Shown here in pieces: positions 22,256 to 35,760 of a stretch of DNA of 64,000 bases. The translations under genes were made by a program, and so were the position numbers. Numbering within the stretch: position 1 is the first letter of the stretch; each line of letters starts with the position of its first letter. Origin of the DNA: Nageia nagi (taxonomy: Eukaryota; Plantae; Pinophyta); NCBI GenBank assembly GCA_050084985.1, contig JBITNC010000001.1, forward strand, positions 26,350,001 through 26,414,000. The letters run 5' to 3'. Under the pieces are notes generated by a model. That model did not search any database. It saw nothing but the letters and a program-made list of their open reading frames with translations, and had not been told where the DNA came from.

Positions 22256-25249
22256 CAGCCAGATGTCGATCCTCCTTCTTGCTGATGACATTGTATTGCT
22301 TTTCCACTCGATTGAGGGTCTCCAAAGCTTGATAGATGCTTTATATATCTTCAGTGCTAGGCAGAAGCTTATGGTGAACCTTAGCAAGATTAAGGTAGTG
22401 GCTTTCAATGTTTCGAAAGCTACAATGGATCAAACCCAACTCACTTTTCACAATAGTGTTCTCGAGACGACCTCCTCCTACACATATGTGACGTCCCCCT
22501 TGTACTTTTAGTGCGACCAGTATGGTCATCTTGTACTATACTTATTTGATGTACATGCATTTGCATTATGTAACTTAGGATAGGAGACTTAATGGGTCTA
22601 GTGGACCCCACTGTGAACCCTAAGTGGGACGTCTCCCTCCTAAGTGGTAGATTAGGCATGTGTTGCATTGGAGATCTCAGGTTGTGGGAATCCCAAGGTA
22701 TGTTTATGCATTGGAGTGATGGACGGCCACCAGCATGCTAGCACCACCTTGGGGAGGGCCCAATAATGCCACGTTGGCTCTTGAGGACTCCAGGACCCCC
22801 ATGTTGGCACTTTAAGTGTTAGGGACCCTACGTTGGCATATTATGTGATCATGACCCCACTTTGGCACTTTAAGTGATTGTGGCCCCTAAATACCCAACG
22901 TTGGATTAGATGTGTCTAGGATGATTCCTAGGTGAGTTCTACACACAAGTAATGTATAAATAGACATTGGAGCTTCAGTATTGGACAACGATTATTGATC
23001 ATTATTACACTTATTCTTCCATTTTGTCCGGTGGACAAGACCTTAGCGAAGTGCTAACTGTATTTCTTAGGTGGAGCACCTAAGAGGGTAGTCAAGCGTT
23101 GGGATTGTGATTATCTACGGCATTGGTGGAGCACCTTTGCCCATCCAGTGGCATCCTGAGGGTTTACTTCTACTGTTCGATCGATTACCAGGTTTCGAGG
23201 AGGGCTCCTTCAGTGGAGAGGATTCAGGATCTGAGGGAGTGAATCTATCCTGTGGTTCTCAGCTGTTCCGTATTGGGGATTTTAGAGTGTTGTGCCTAGT
23301 TGGCTCCTTTGAGGCCAACGATTGCCCACTGGGTTTGGTATTGTATCACATTCATTATATATCTTTCATATATAGCCAAAGGGCTTCGAATCTCATTATT
23401 GTGTTGTACTGTCTCATACTTGTGCATGCGTTGGATCACATTGTCTGTATGTACTTGTATTTATAATTCGAAGGCACTTTAATGTATTAGGTTTTGGATT
23501 ATGCATGTATGAGCCAGCCGTTGGCTTTTTGATATTGTAATCATTGATGTATGCTTGCATATGCTAGATGTTTGCATTTTGGGTATCTGAATGTGTAATC
23601 TTGATGTCCTAACCCTATCATTGCATGCTTGAGGGTTTGTTGGTGCATGTGTGATGCCCTAGACCTGATGTCAGGGCTTGATGATCTTGTATTGCTAGTA
23701 AAAAGGGAAATTTGAATTCTGGATCATCACAACATACCTGAGGGTTCACTTTTCTGGACCATGTTTTGCATGCGGACTGCAGCGTTACCTAAAGTTTGTT
23801 GAGGTTATGCGGCATTATCCACCTTGGAGAGACAATGCATTCAACATCACTTTTAGGATGTTCCATCCAGGCTAGGATTGTTTCAGGCCCTGGTCACACC
23901 CATAACCTTGTATGGGATTGAAATTTGGGGCTCCAACTTGAGAGTTGTAGACTGGACCTCGTTAGAGCGGATCTTGGTTACTTTCCTTTCTCGTTTCATT
24001 CGGAGTAGGCGGACAGTACCACATCTTATCATTCTTGCGGAGTTCAATTGTCAACTCCTCTTGGTGTGGGCCCTTGCTTACATAGTCTTCTATCTTCGTC
24101 ACCTCCAACGTTTATCTTCCCGTAGGGGGGATATAGATAGGTTTTCGGTACAAGCTTTGGCCTCCTTGATTGATCTAGCTAGGCAAGGTCGTCGATGTTG
24201 GTTTATAGAGATTTCGGAGATGCTTCAGAGATTTGGTTTTTCTCTAGAGAGATTACCTATACCACCGAAGGACTCATCTAGGACCCCAATTGACTCTTTG
24301 ACCACGATTCGAGAGATTATATACAGGGCTTTCATTTAGACCACCTGGGTGTCTCCCCTACAGACGTTGACACCCAAGTTGGATCACTATGCACGACATA
24401 ACCTTCAGATTGATAGAGGCTTGATCCTTCTGCCCTGTACACCAGTCTACATCTCCCTCTTGGATTGAGGATGTTCCTCAAACAGTTTCGAGTTTGCTCT
24501 TACCAGCTGAGGACTAAGATAAACCACCACATAGATCGAGATTTACGAGTTTGCTGATTTTGTTCTCTTGATATTGAGTTCGAGCACCACTTTGTCTTTC
24601 GGTGCTCTGTTTATTACGAGATTCGAGGTCGATATCATTGCCTCTTTTGAGAATCCAGCTAATCGCTAGCCACATTTCTCTAGTACCCAAACTAGCATTG
24701 CCTGGCTTTCTATTTTTGAGAGGCCCTCCTCCTTTGGAGATGCCTTCTCGAGTGAGCATAGCGTCCTACCAAGGTCCAACGCATCACATCATTTTTCCGA
24801 GTTCCCTCTCCTGAAGGAGCTCGCAGGAGAGATCGAGATGAGCCTACTCAACCACTTCGACGAATCAGGAGATGCATCCAACCACTTCGACCACATTGTC
24901 GACACGACGTATCACATCCTCCTTCTCAATCATCGATAGTACCATAGACATATCTAGCATATTCATCGAGACCCCTCTTCAATGCAGAGAGTACCACCAT
25001 ACTCTCCCCCCTGGAGAGTCCTAGGACGACCTTCTTTTGGTGGTTCTAGATGATGTTTCCCTTGCCTTCTAGGGTTGTGACCTCTATATGATTATATTCA
25101 TTTTTGTCGTTTTCTATGCTTTTAGGTTTTTCTCTAGTTGCTGCCCATCTTGGGATTTGTTGGCATCATGAGCATGATTATACTTAATAGTCCCATTGAC
25201 CGCTTTTGGTCATCTATGGAAATTAATATACTTTCTTTCTTTCTTTTCC
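22256..25249 (+). mobile_element. 5'-truncated non-LTR retrotransposon (RTEX-like LINE), split by a solo LTR
   Basis: RT LLLADDIVLL..GLQ..LMVNLSKIKVVAF..SYTY|YLRVHF; LFQALVTPITLYGIEIWG; C-terminal RVC*FC..EFEHHFVFRC..YYEIR; 3' stem-loop TGACC/GGTCA and (CTTT)n tail; possible degenerate TSD CCTTCATGG/TCTTCAAGG. Confidence 0.85.
22487..23731 (+). mobile_element. Solo LTR (chromovirus-type Gypsy family)
   Basis: TGTGA...TCACA with perfect TSD ACATA; removing it restores the LINE frame SYTYL; homologous to 53215-54394. Confidence 0.93.
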
Positions 25250-26521
25250 TCTTCAAGGTTGTTACCATCTCTTTTGCTGATCCACATATCTTTGTGCCAA
25301 AGAATCATTAAAACAATGCATTCAAACTGTCTAATTCACAGTTCTGATGACAACTTGTGCATTTCATGATGTCATGCATGGTTAAAAAGAAAGAGTCAAA
25401 TACTTCCCAAGAAGACTGTATAGAACAGTCCAAGGACACTGCTGTTCCAAGCTCAAGAATACCAAATTTGATGCCCAATATAGCCATCCAAGATTGCTGT
25501 CCACTTTCTTTTATCACTATTTTATCATGCAACATTTCTAGGAAATCAAAAAAATGTTAAGATGTTCAAAAAGGTAAAATCATACATTTCTCCATTGAGC
25601 GCACCAAACTAGACCCTCAAAATTCAAAAATTGCAAAAAGAAGGCAAATTCCCATGGAGTGCACCATTTTGGAGTCTTAAAACATGTAAGGATGTTAATT
25701 GATGCAAAATCCACTTGGACGCACCATTCCGTGGTCTTAAGAGGGTTAAAACATCAAAAAAGGAGAAAAAATGTCTTTGGCGTACCAAATGAGGGTCTTA
25801 AAACCTCAAAATGAGCTAAAAGTTTAGGGTCGTAAAATTTGTAAGGACGAAAAGAGGTGGGAAATTGCTTTTGAGGGGTCATTTTGTGGGATCAAAAAGT
25901 CGAATTTTTAATATCTTAAGGCCTCAAAAAACTCCCAAGACATGTGCACACCACCTAGGGGACTTATAAAGAGAAAATAAGGTTAAAATAGCTAAAAAAT
26001 GCACAAGAAAAGAGATCATACCATTTCAAGGCCTTAAAATTCTTATGAGGTCAAAATGGTGCGTCCAAGGAAGTATAAAAGTTCCAAAAATGGCATTCGC
26101 ATCATTCAAGAGGCTTACAAATCTTAAGAGGGTAAAGAGGTGCGAAATTGCCTTTTAGAGGCCATTTTGAGAGGTCAAAAAATCAATTTTTTAATATCTT
26201 AGGGTCTTAAAAGCCCCCCAAGACCTGTGCGCTCTCCTAAGAGGACTTAGAAAGGGAAAAAGAAGGTTAAAAAGGCTCAAAAACACATCAAGAAGAAGGT
26301 CACACCATTTCAAGGTCTTAAAAACCTTAAGAGACCAAAATGATGCGCTCATGGTGGTCCATGAACGCTAAAATATTCATGCACACCATTTCAAGGGCTT
26401 AAAACTTGTAAAGGGGTGAAATGATGTGCCAAAGTGACTTAAAAATGGCACATTCCCCTATACACACCTCAAGAGTGACATGAAAATGCTAATTGGAGTT
26501 GACACATGTCCATATTGAGTG

Positions 26522-27721
26522 TGTAATGTTATAAAATCACTCTCAGCAAAAACAACTCAACGCTAGGGCACACCAACCCTCCAATAGTCCCACGTGGGCC
26601 TCCTTGGCCTTCAGACTACACACCACACCAAACAAGGAACCCACAATGCTGATGTCAGCCCTTAGGGCTTCTCCAACACCATGCAACCCCTACGAATGCC
26701 TTACAACAACAATGCACAACATAGGAATGCCAATGATGGGTACACACAACAATATGAATCCAGAACAATCTTTGAACACCAGTATATCACAACGCATGCA
26801 CACAATGGAACAACACAACGATGAGAGGCACAATGATATGTATTTTATTATGATATGATAATGGAGTACAATGGAGGTTACAACACACAGATCTAGGGTT
26901 CCAAACCCTCAACAAGCCAAACATGCAATGGGAAAGACTGACTCCCTCAGTATCCGAATACCCTTTTGCGAAGGAGTCTCCTCGAACCCTGGTGACCAAT
27001 GAAGGTAGAAGCTCGTCCTCGGAATTCCACCAAATGGGCTAGGTGACCCACCTTAGCCGTAGAATGATAGGCTCCCAACCCTGCACTCCTCTAGACGTCA
27101 TCTAGGAATATTGCTTAGCACCGCCAAGACTTGGTTGCCCGATTGGGTGTGGTATAGAAAATGTATAATCAATGGTAACCTCATCATGGAGCTCCATCCT
27201 CAATATATAGCCTTTCATGTACATCCATCATGCCTTATTATCACCCCAAGCCAATTCTAATCCAACATTGGGGTCAACAAGTCAACAATGCCAACGTGGG
27301 GGTCATATTGGCCTAGTATGCTAACATGGGGGTCCCATGGGCCCAGTATGTTAACGTGGGGGTCATAAAGGCCTTCAAGGCTGACGTGGGGTCTAATGAG
27401 CCACCTAAGCTAATGTGGGGTCCATGAAGCTGCATGAGCCAACGTGGGGTATGTGGGGTCCTCCCAACATTGGCACGCTCCTCTGTGCACTCTGGATTAT
27501 ACAAGACACATACCTATCTAGGGATTCCCACAATCCGGGATAACCCATTACAATAAACACAACACTACTCAAGGAGAGATATCCCATTACTAGGTTCACA
27601 GTGGGGTCCACAGACCATAAGCTCCTGCTTGAGTTACACAAGTACAACATGACTATGAACAAACACTAGAATACAAAGTGACCATGACACATTTTATCAT
27701 TGGTCCAAATGGGACATCACA
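26522..27721 (-). mobile_element. Solo LTR (same chromovirus-type family)
   Basis: TGTAA...CATCACA, near-TSD GAGTG/AAGTG, 30-bp CCAACGTGGG repeats. Confidence 0.85.
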
Positions 27722-29110
27722 AAGTGCAAAAAGTGTATAAAAGGGAGTTAAGCACTTCATTTTGCACAAACACCTCTCCCACTTCTCCTTATGCACACCA
27801 TTTTGGGAGCTTGGAGATCTTAAGACTAGAAATTCATCTGCCTCCCTTATAGAGCATCCAAATTGCGAATTTAAAAGGTCAAAAGCGTCAAGGAAAGTTA
27901 TGTGCACCATTTTGAAGGCTAAAGAGGTTTAAGAATTTACTTTCATGTGTCTAGGTCAAATTTTTCATTTCATACCTAGCAAGGCCAAGTTTTTACCCAA
28001 TAGGTGCATGCCAAGTGTCATAGATCCATCCAAAAGGGTTTAAAGGAAGTTCAAGCTTTCATTTTTGGCACATCACGATTATTATTCTTCCTTTGGTTGC
28101 ACCTCATGGAGTCCTCAAGAATTTGAAGGCCCTAAAACCATGCACTCCACTTTCTAGGATACCAAGTTGCAAGTTTAAAAGATCAAAAGGGCAAAAGCAC
28201 CCATTCGCACCTATTCTAAGTCTTAAACAATTTTATCCTTCATTTTCGTGCGAATTACAAAAGCCCTAGATCTAGTGCGCACCATCTTAAGCCGTTAAAA
28301 ATTTAACCCCCCATTTTCATGTGCCTAGTTCAAAGTGTTCATTTTATGTCAAACAAAGCTCATTTTCTAGACATCCTATCCAAACATCCACCTCAAACCG
28401 GTTTTTGCTAACATTTGTCATTTGTAACAGGCATCGTTTATTTGCAGGTTCAAGATGACAGAGACAAATTCCAAAACGGAAGGAAAACAAATTGAGTAGG
28501 AGGCTGAGGATAAGGTGATAATTGAAGGCACTTCACTTGGAGAACCTAAGAAATAGCTCGATTTTGATTTGGTGGTATTAATTCAAGCATTACATGAAGA
28601 TCTAAGCCAAATGGTCAAAGGTGAATCTACATCAAGTCATTATCTGGATACAATCATCTTCAAGCACAACAACACCATATCTGTCACCAAAGCTTCTTTG
28701 AACAAGGATCCCAAGGAATCTTAAAATCTGGAGGCTCATACTCAAAAGATGGAGATAGGCCAGATCAAGTCAAGTGGTGCATAATGGATTGATGAATTCA
28801 ACAATACTGTCAAGGAGATGGAAGAGCATCAGAGGAATAGAATTCTGAACATGGCATGTCAACTCTTTGAAAGAAAATCACGCTTTCCAAGGCACATAAA
28901 TCAAAGACATGGTCGCAAATTTTATTTAGTTTAATTATTTGTTTTAAAAGATATTTTTATTTAAGTTATTGTTTAAGTGATGAAGAGTTTTTGCTCCTCA
29001 TTCTGAAATGTAATTTCACTTTAATTTTAGTTAATTTCATTTTCATTAGGGATAGGGTTAGGGGCAACACCTAAATTAGGGTTGTGCCTAACGAAAAACT
29101 ATAAGTACTA

Positions 29111-32100
29111 TGTAAAATCCCAATTCAACCTCAACGTGGAAATTAGCCAAATTAATATCAAACTAAATCAAACACACATTTAGGTATGCCATGAATTGAT
29201 CTAGGGCATCAATTAAGTCAAATAGTGATCCAAAAATACCAACGAGGGACCTTACAAGCAAGATATCACCTCTATGAGCCAACGTCACACCCATAAATGC
29301 TTTAATCAAGCACAACACATCAATAATAGTCCAGGAATGCCAACGACTCACCACACAAGCATGAACACATCCAAATTGCTCAACGTTGCATACAAGGAAG
29401 CATAAATATGTCAAACACACAACAATATGAGACAATCAAGTGAGATCCAAAGTGTCACGATTGTATTATTTGTAAATGTAGAGTATGATACAATACCAGA
29501 CCCAAAAGGGCTCAACATTGGCCTCCAAGGAGCCAACTAGGGCACACAACTATGCAAAGATGGATACTGCTGATAAAAACGCTGTAGAACAATCACACTC
29601 TACCAAATCTGTGGATAACACACTGAAGGGCTCCCTCACAAGCTAGCTCCTGATGAAGAGAACGGATGTGATTTCGGAATACCATTTGATGGATTCAAAG
29701 GTGTAGACGGCTTGTGGACGCCTCAGGGTAGGGCAACGTCACACCACGAACATTCACCTCAACCGCTAGTCAGAAGGTGTTTCAAGCCTCTTGGAATTTC
29801 CTTGTGCTACACGCCTAAGGGTGCTTGACGCCGCCAAGTCTTGAATAGTAAAAGGGGGTTTTAGTATCAAATTTAGTCTATCTTTGCAATGAGGCTCCTT
29901 TGCCTTTTATAACATGTCTCTGGATCTCGAATACCATTAGATGGATTCAAAGTGCAGACCGCTTGTGGAACCTTAGGTAGGGCAACCTCACACCACGAAC
30001 ATTCACCTCAACTGCTAGGCAGAAGGTGTTCCAAGCCTTCTGGACTCTTCTTGGGCTACACGCCTAAGGGTGCTTGATCGCCGCCAAGTCTTGACTAGTA
30101 AAAGGGGGATTTAATATCAAATTTAGTCTACCTTTGCTATGAGGCTCCTTTGCCTTTTATAACATGTCTATGGATCTAGATCTCACCTAGGAGTCATCCC
30201 CAACCTCCCAATCTCAACGTTAGCCTCTTGGAGGCCCAAGATCTCCAACGTGGGTACCTAGGGGTCAACAATGTCAAACGTGGGTACCTAGGGACCATAA
30301 ATGCCAACGTGGGAGTCCAAGGTGCCATGCATGCCAACGTAGGAGTCCAAGATGCCATGTGGGTCTTGGAGCCATGCGTGGATGCTGGGGTGTTATCATG
30401 GGCCAACTTGGGAGTCTAGATGCCTCCCCAAGGTTGGTGCAAGTGCTCAAGCCCATTGTTGGGTTCCAGGTGTCTTTTATGCTATTTTTGATATTACATG
30501 AGGCTTGGGATTCCCACAATCATCTTAGGATCTCCAAGTGCATTAATGACAAATTAAATAACACATCCTAGCTTGGGAGGAAAACATTCCTCATGGGGCT
30601 CACAACGTGGGTCCAATGGACCTTTATATTTCTATCCCAAGTAACTAACAATAAATACATGAATACATAAAATATTTACAAAAGGGAATCTCTAAGATTC
30701 CAAATTTATTTATTTTTTATCAAAAGGGTATATTACAAAGCCTCCCCTCTCGAATTGCTGGCCCTCAAGCAATTGTAGGATGCCAAAAATAATTGTCTTC
30801 CAAACATCCTTTGGCTCAAATATAGATGTTAATTGAAGCCCTTTGAGGTGGAATGCATCTTCAATATATCTCCTCCATAATTCAGTCCATGAAATCCTTG
30901 TATCAGCCTTGGAGTTTCTGAAACATGTAAACAATGAGCAGCCCCTTTGCATAGCAAATATGAAACGCATTTTTCTTCATCTCGTTCAGCCTTCAACATG
31001 CCTCTTTAACCCCTAGACGTTGCATGCATAAGTTCTAATATTTTGTTGAAGTTTCTTCTATCACTAGCAATCCACATTAAGTACAAAAGTGCCTGCAAAC
31101 ATTCTGATATAGCAGTCCATAGGAGACACAAATATGCATGTAAAAATTCTGATATACTAATCCATGTCAAACACCAAATTGCAGCAGTGAATATTTGGAT
31201 GGGCCTTGAAAAATATCCCTACGAAAACATGGAAGAAAGAAAGCATAAGTGTAAAATAGTGGAGCTTTTGCTCCTTCACAGACGCCATACTTTTCTCATG
31301 CTCAATGTTTAGTGCCAAGCTTTTCTCACACTCAACATTGAGTGCCAAGCTCCTCCCATACCCAACGTTAGGTGCCAAGCTCCTCCCATACCCAATGTTA
31401 GGTGCCAAGCTTCCTTTTTGTCCAACGTGGGGTGCCAAACTTCTCCCTTGCCCAACGTTAGGTGCCAAGATGCCTTGATGTCCAACGTTGGGTGCGAAGA
31501 TCCCTTCTTGTCCCACGTCAAACACTAGACTCCTTTTTTGCTAGATGTCTCATGCAATACATCCTTCAACCCCAACACTTCATTACCTTGCTCTTCATCT
31601 TCCTCATGGTACGGCCAAGTCACTTCCAATCTCTTGTTATTTACTTGTGGGCATTCGTCCTTGATTCCTTACATAGTGTGAGTCTTGCCATCAATCTCAA
31701 AAATTATAACCAGATTCTTGTAATTAGTGTGAATATCACCCAATTCAAACAACCATTGCATGCCCAAAATAATATGAGGATGCCCATCAAGTGGATACAC
31801 ATAAAAATTTTCTCACTGTGTAGCTCGCAATCTCACCCCAAATCTTTCAACAATTTGGTCCACCAATGTAAGTTTCCCGTTGGCATTGGAAACTCTAAAT
31901 CCCTTAAACCCTTTAGTTTTGAGACCTTTCTTTTCTACACAACCTCCATCAATAAAGTTATGAGTAGCATTGGGGTCTATTAGGACTACTACCTCTTGCC
32001 CACCTGCTTGTCCAATTACCTTCAGGGTGAGGTACTTCTTTGCTCCATTGAGTGAAGCAATCATGCTGCTAAGAGATGCTTCTGCCTTGTGTGTTTCTAC

Positions 32101-35100
32101 CTGCTCCAACATGTCTACACCAAGCTCCAAATCTGAACCATCAGCCTCATTAGAAAGAACCTCGATGTAGTGCACCTGCCCCTTACCTTGACAACAGTGG
32201 CCTAGTTCCCATGGCATTTTGCAGTGAAAACATTTACCTTCTTCCCTCAGCTTCCTTCTAGTGGCTTTGTCCATCTGGCCTGTCTGAGGGGTGAGGAAGG
32301 GTTTGAGCTTGCTGGTCACCTCTTTCTCTACTGCCAGTTTCCTCACGACCTGCCCCTTATGTGTTTGTGCACTTTTGAGGGTGGTAATGGTAGGCTTCAA
32401 ATCATAGGCTGCCCTTATTGCATCATCAAAGGTTTTTGGCCTTGATATCTTCACTAGTCCTTGCAAAGGCTCCATCAATCCCTTTACAAAAATGAATCTC
32501 AACCTTTCTTTCGAAATGTTGTGGATCATTACTGCTATCTTTTGAAATTCTAAAACAAAGTCATCCACGGTTCCTTGCTATCTCAAGGATGTGAGCTCCC
32601 TAAAATAATCATTCTTCTTTTTCCTATCAAATCATTTTGCTAATCTCCTAGCAAACTTGTCAAAAAAAGAAATATGAGAGTAATCTTGGCTAATTACCCC
32701 ATGTTGCCACCATTCAAAGCATCTCCCTCAAAATTAAACGATGCACTTCAACCATATTTGGGCTTAAAGTGAAATATGTTTGGAGCTGATGGAGCCAAGC
32801 CCTAGCCGTCATCCTCATCAGAAAGAACCTTGATGTAATGCACCTATCCTTTACATTGACAACGATGCCCTGGCTCCCATGGCTTTTTGCAGTGAAAGTA
32901 TTTACCTTCTTCACTCAACTTTCTCCTAGTGGCTGCATCCATTTGGCCCGTACAGGGAGTGGGGAAGGGTTTGAACTTGCTAGTTCCCTCTTCTTTGCCA
33001 TCGGCTTCCTCACAGCCTGCCCTGTGTGCATTTGTGCACCTTTGAGGGTGATCATAGTAGGCTCCAAATCGTAGGCTGCCTAGATTGCATCATCTAGGGT
33101 TTTTGGCCTTGATATCTTCACCATTCCTTGCAAGGGTTCCATCAATCCCTCTACAAAGATGAAGGTCAACCTTTCCTTAGAAATATTGTGGATCATTACT
33201 GCTATCTTTTGAAATTCTGAAATGAAGTCATCCATCCACTGTTCCTTGCTGTCTCAAGGATGTAAGCTCTATAAAATAATCATTCTCCTTTTTCCTGTCA
33301 AAACGTTTTACTAGTCTCCTAGCAAACTCATCGAAAGAGGAAATATGAGAGTAGTCTTGACTAAATATCCCATGCTGCCACCATTCAAGAGCATCTCCCT
33401 CAAAATGCAATGATGCAAAATGGATCGCATCCTCTTCAACCATATTCGAGCTTAGAGTGAAAAATGTTTGGAGCTGATGGAGCCAAGCCCTAGCTGTCAT
33501 CTTCTTCCCGTCATACATCAGAACTTGCATTTTGTGAATTTTCTGTTGCAACTCCTTTTTGTCACCCCATGAATTACTTTGAGAGTGGGTACCATGAGAA
33601 CTACTTGCTTTCAAGCCCAAAATCTCCAAATAGCTATTGAAATTTATATCCTTCCTTAATCCTAAATCTAACATAGAATATTCTCTAAAAATCTGATTCA
33701 ATTCAAGAGGGTTTGGGATCCGATTGCTTACCTCATTCAAAGATCTCTTGGCGAACATTGGTTTAGCCATCCTATCTTTCCAACATCCTCCTCTAGGAAT
33801 CTCCCTAGGAGAGGGTTAGACGCCTGTGGTGCCCTATGAGAATGGAATCTTATGAATGCATGCTCTTGGTGACTCATGGATCCGTGATGAGTGGACCCTC
33901 TATCCCTCAAGCTGTGCGATCTCCTCAAATTGGGCTCTTTCTCCATTCTTTCCTCTTCTCTGGGTTCATCTTCCTCATTCGGTATAGAATGTGGGGGCTC
34001 ACGTTTCTTCTCGGGGCTTCTCTCTTTCCAAACCAAGAATCAAATTTTATTGTTTGATTTTGCACCACTTCAGCCATATTCTTCATGGCTGTAAGGAGCT
34101 CATTAAACTTCCTTTCTGGCATGGATTCTCTTACTGGTGTAGTGCTTCTCCTCTTTTTGAACAGTGGGGATTTGCCTCTCCTAGCTGAATTACCTTCATC
34201 ATAGTGCTCCTTGTCCTGAACATCTTCCATCCATGGCCTGCGATCGTCATTTTGAGTGGATCTGGCTAGGGTTTCTTCTTGCAACACCCCCTTTCCACCT
34301 TTCTTAGCAGAAGACATTTCCCTTTTGGTGTTGGATCTGGTGTAATAATTATGAATTGCAGCTCTTAGTCATAGGTTGGCTAGATCCAAGCTTTGATACC
34401 ATTGTAAAATCCCAATTCAACCTCAACATGGAAAGTAGCCAAATAAATATCAAACTAAACCAAAGACACATCCAATTATGCCACGAATTGATCTAGGGCA
34501 TCAATTAAGTCAAATAGTGAGCCAAAAATACCAACGATGCACCTTACAAGCAAGATATCACCTCTATGAGCCAACGTCACACCAGAAATGCTTTAATCAA
34601 GCACAACACATCAATAATAGTCCAAGAATGCCAACAACTCATGACACAAGCATGGACACATCCAAATTGCTCAACGTTGCATATAAGGAAGCATAAATAT
34701 TTCAAAACGCACAACAATATGAGACAATCAAGTGAGATCTAAAGTGTCACGACTGTATTATTGATAAATGTAGAGGATGATACAATACGAGACCCAAAAG
34801 GGCTCAACGTTGGCATCGAAGGAGCCAACTAGGGCACCCAACTATGCAAAGACGGATATTGTTGCCAAAACCATTGTAGAACAATCACACTGTACTAGAT
34901 ATGTGGATGCCACACTGAAGGGCTCCCTCACAAGCTAGCTCTCGTTGAAGAGAACAAATGTGATTCCGGAATGCCATCGGATGGATTCAAAGGTGCAGAT
35001 CTCTTGTGGATGCCTCAGGCTATGGTCAATCTCCAAGCAGGAATATTCACCCCAATCGCTAGTTAGAATGTGTTCCAAGCCTCTTGGACTCTCCTTGTGC

Positions 35101-35760
35101 TACACGTCCAAGGGTGATGCCGCCAAGCCTTGAATAGTAAAAGGGGGTTTCCATATCAAATCTAGTCTATCTCTACAATGAGGCTCCTTTGCCTTTTATA
35201 ACATATCTCTGGATTTGGATCTCACCTAGGAGTCATCCCCAACCTCCCAATCTCAACGTTAGCCTCTTGGAGGCCCAAGATCTCCAACATGGGTGCCTAG
35301 GGGTCAAGCATGCCCAATTGGGTACTTAGGGCCCAATGTGGGTACTTAGGGCCAAATGTATATGGCCCAACATGGGAGTCCAAGGTGCCACGCATGCCAA
35401 CGTGGGAGTCCAAGGTGCCCGGTGGATCTAGGAGCCATGTGTTGATGCTGGGGTGTAAGTGGTCAAGCCTATCATTGGGTTCTAGGTGTCTTTTATGCTA
35501 TTTTTGATGTTACAAGAGGCTTGGGATTCCCACAATCATCTTAGAATCTTCAAGTGCATCAATTACAATTTAAATAACACATCCTAGCATAGGAGGAAAA
35601 CATCCCTCACGGGGCTCACAATGTGGGTCCAATGGACCATTATATTTCTATCCCAAGTAACTAACAATAAAATATAAATACATGAATAAATAAAATATTT
35701 ACAAAAGGGAATCTTTAGGATTCCAAATTTATTTATTTTTTATCAAAAGGGGATGTTACA
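29111..35760 (-). mobile_element. Non-autonomous chromovirus-type Gypsy element (gag and protease only)
   Basis: LTRs at 29111-30737 and 34403-35760; PBS TGGTATCAAAGCT (34389-34401, rc); PPT rc AAGCCTCCCCTCTC at 30738; gag GDALEWWQH; CFHCKMPWELGHCC; protease VLIDPNATHNFI; no RT/RH/INT; flanks TACTA/TACCC. Confidence 0.92.
31300..31520 (-). repeat. 30-bp minisatellite replacing pol
   Basis: About 7 copies of GTGCCAAGCTCCTCCCATACCCAACGTTAG-like units. Confidence 0.9.
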
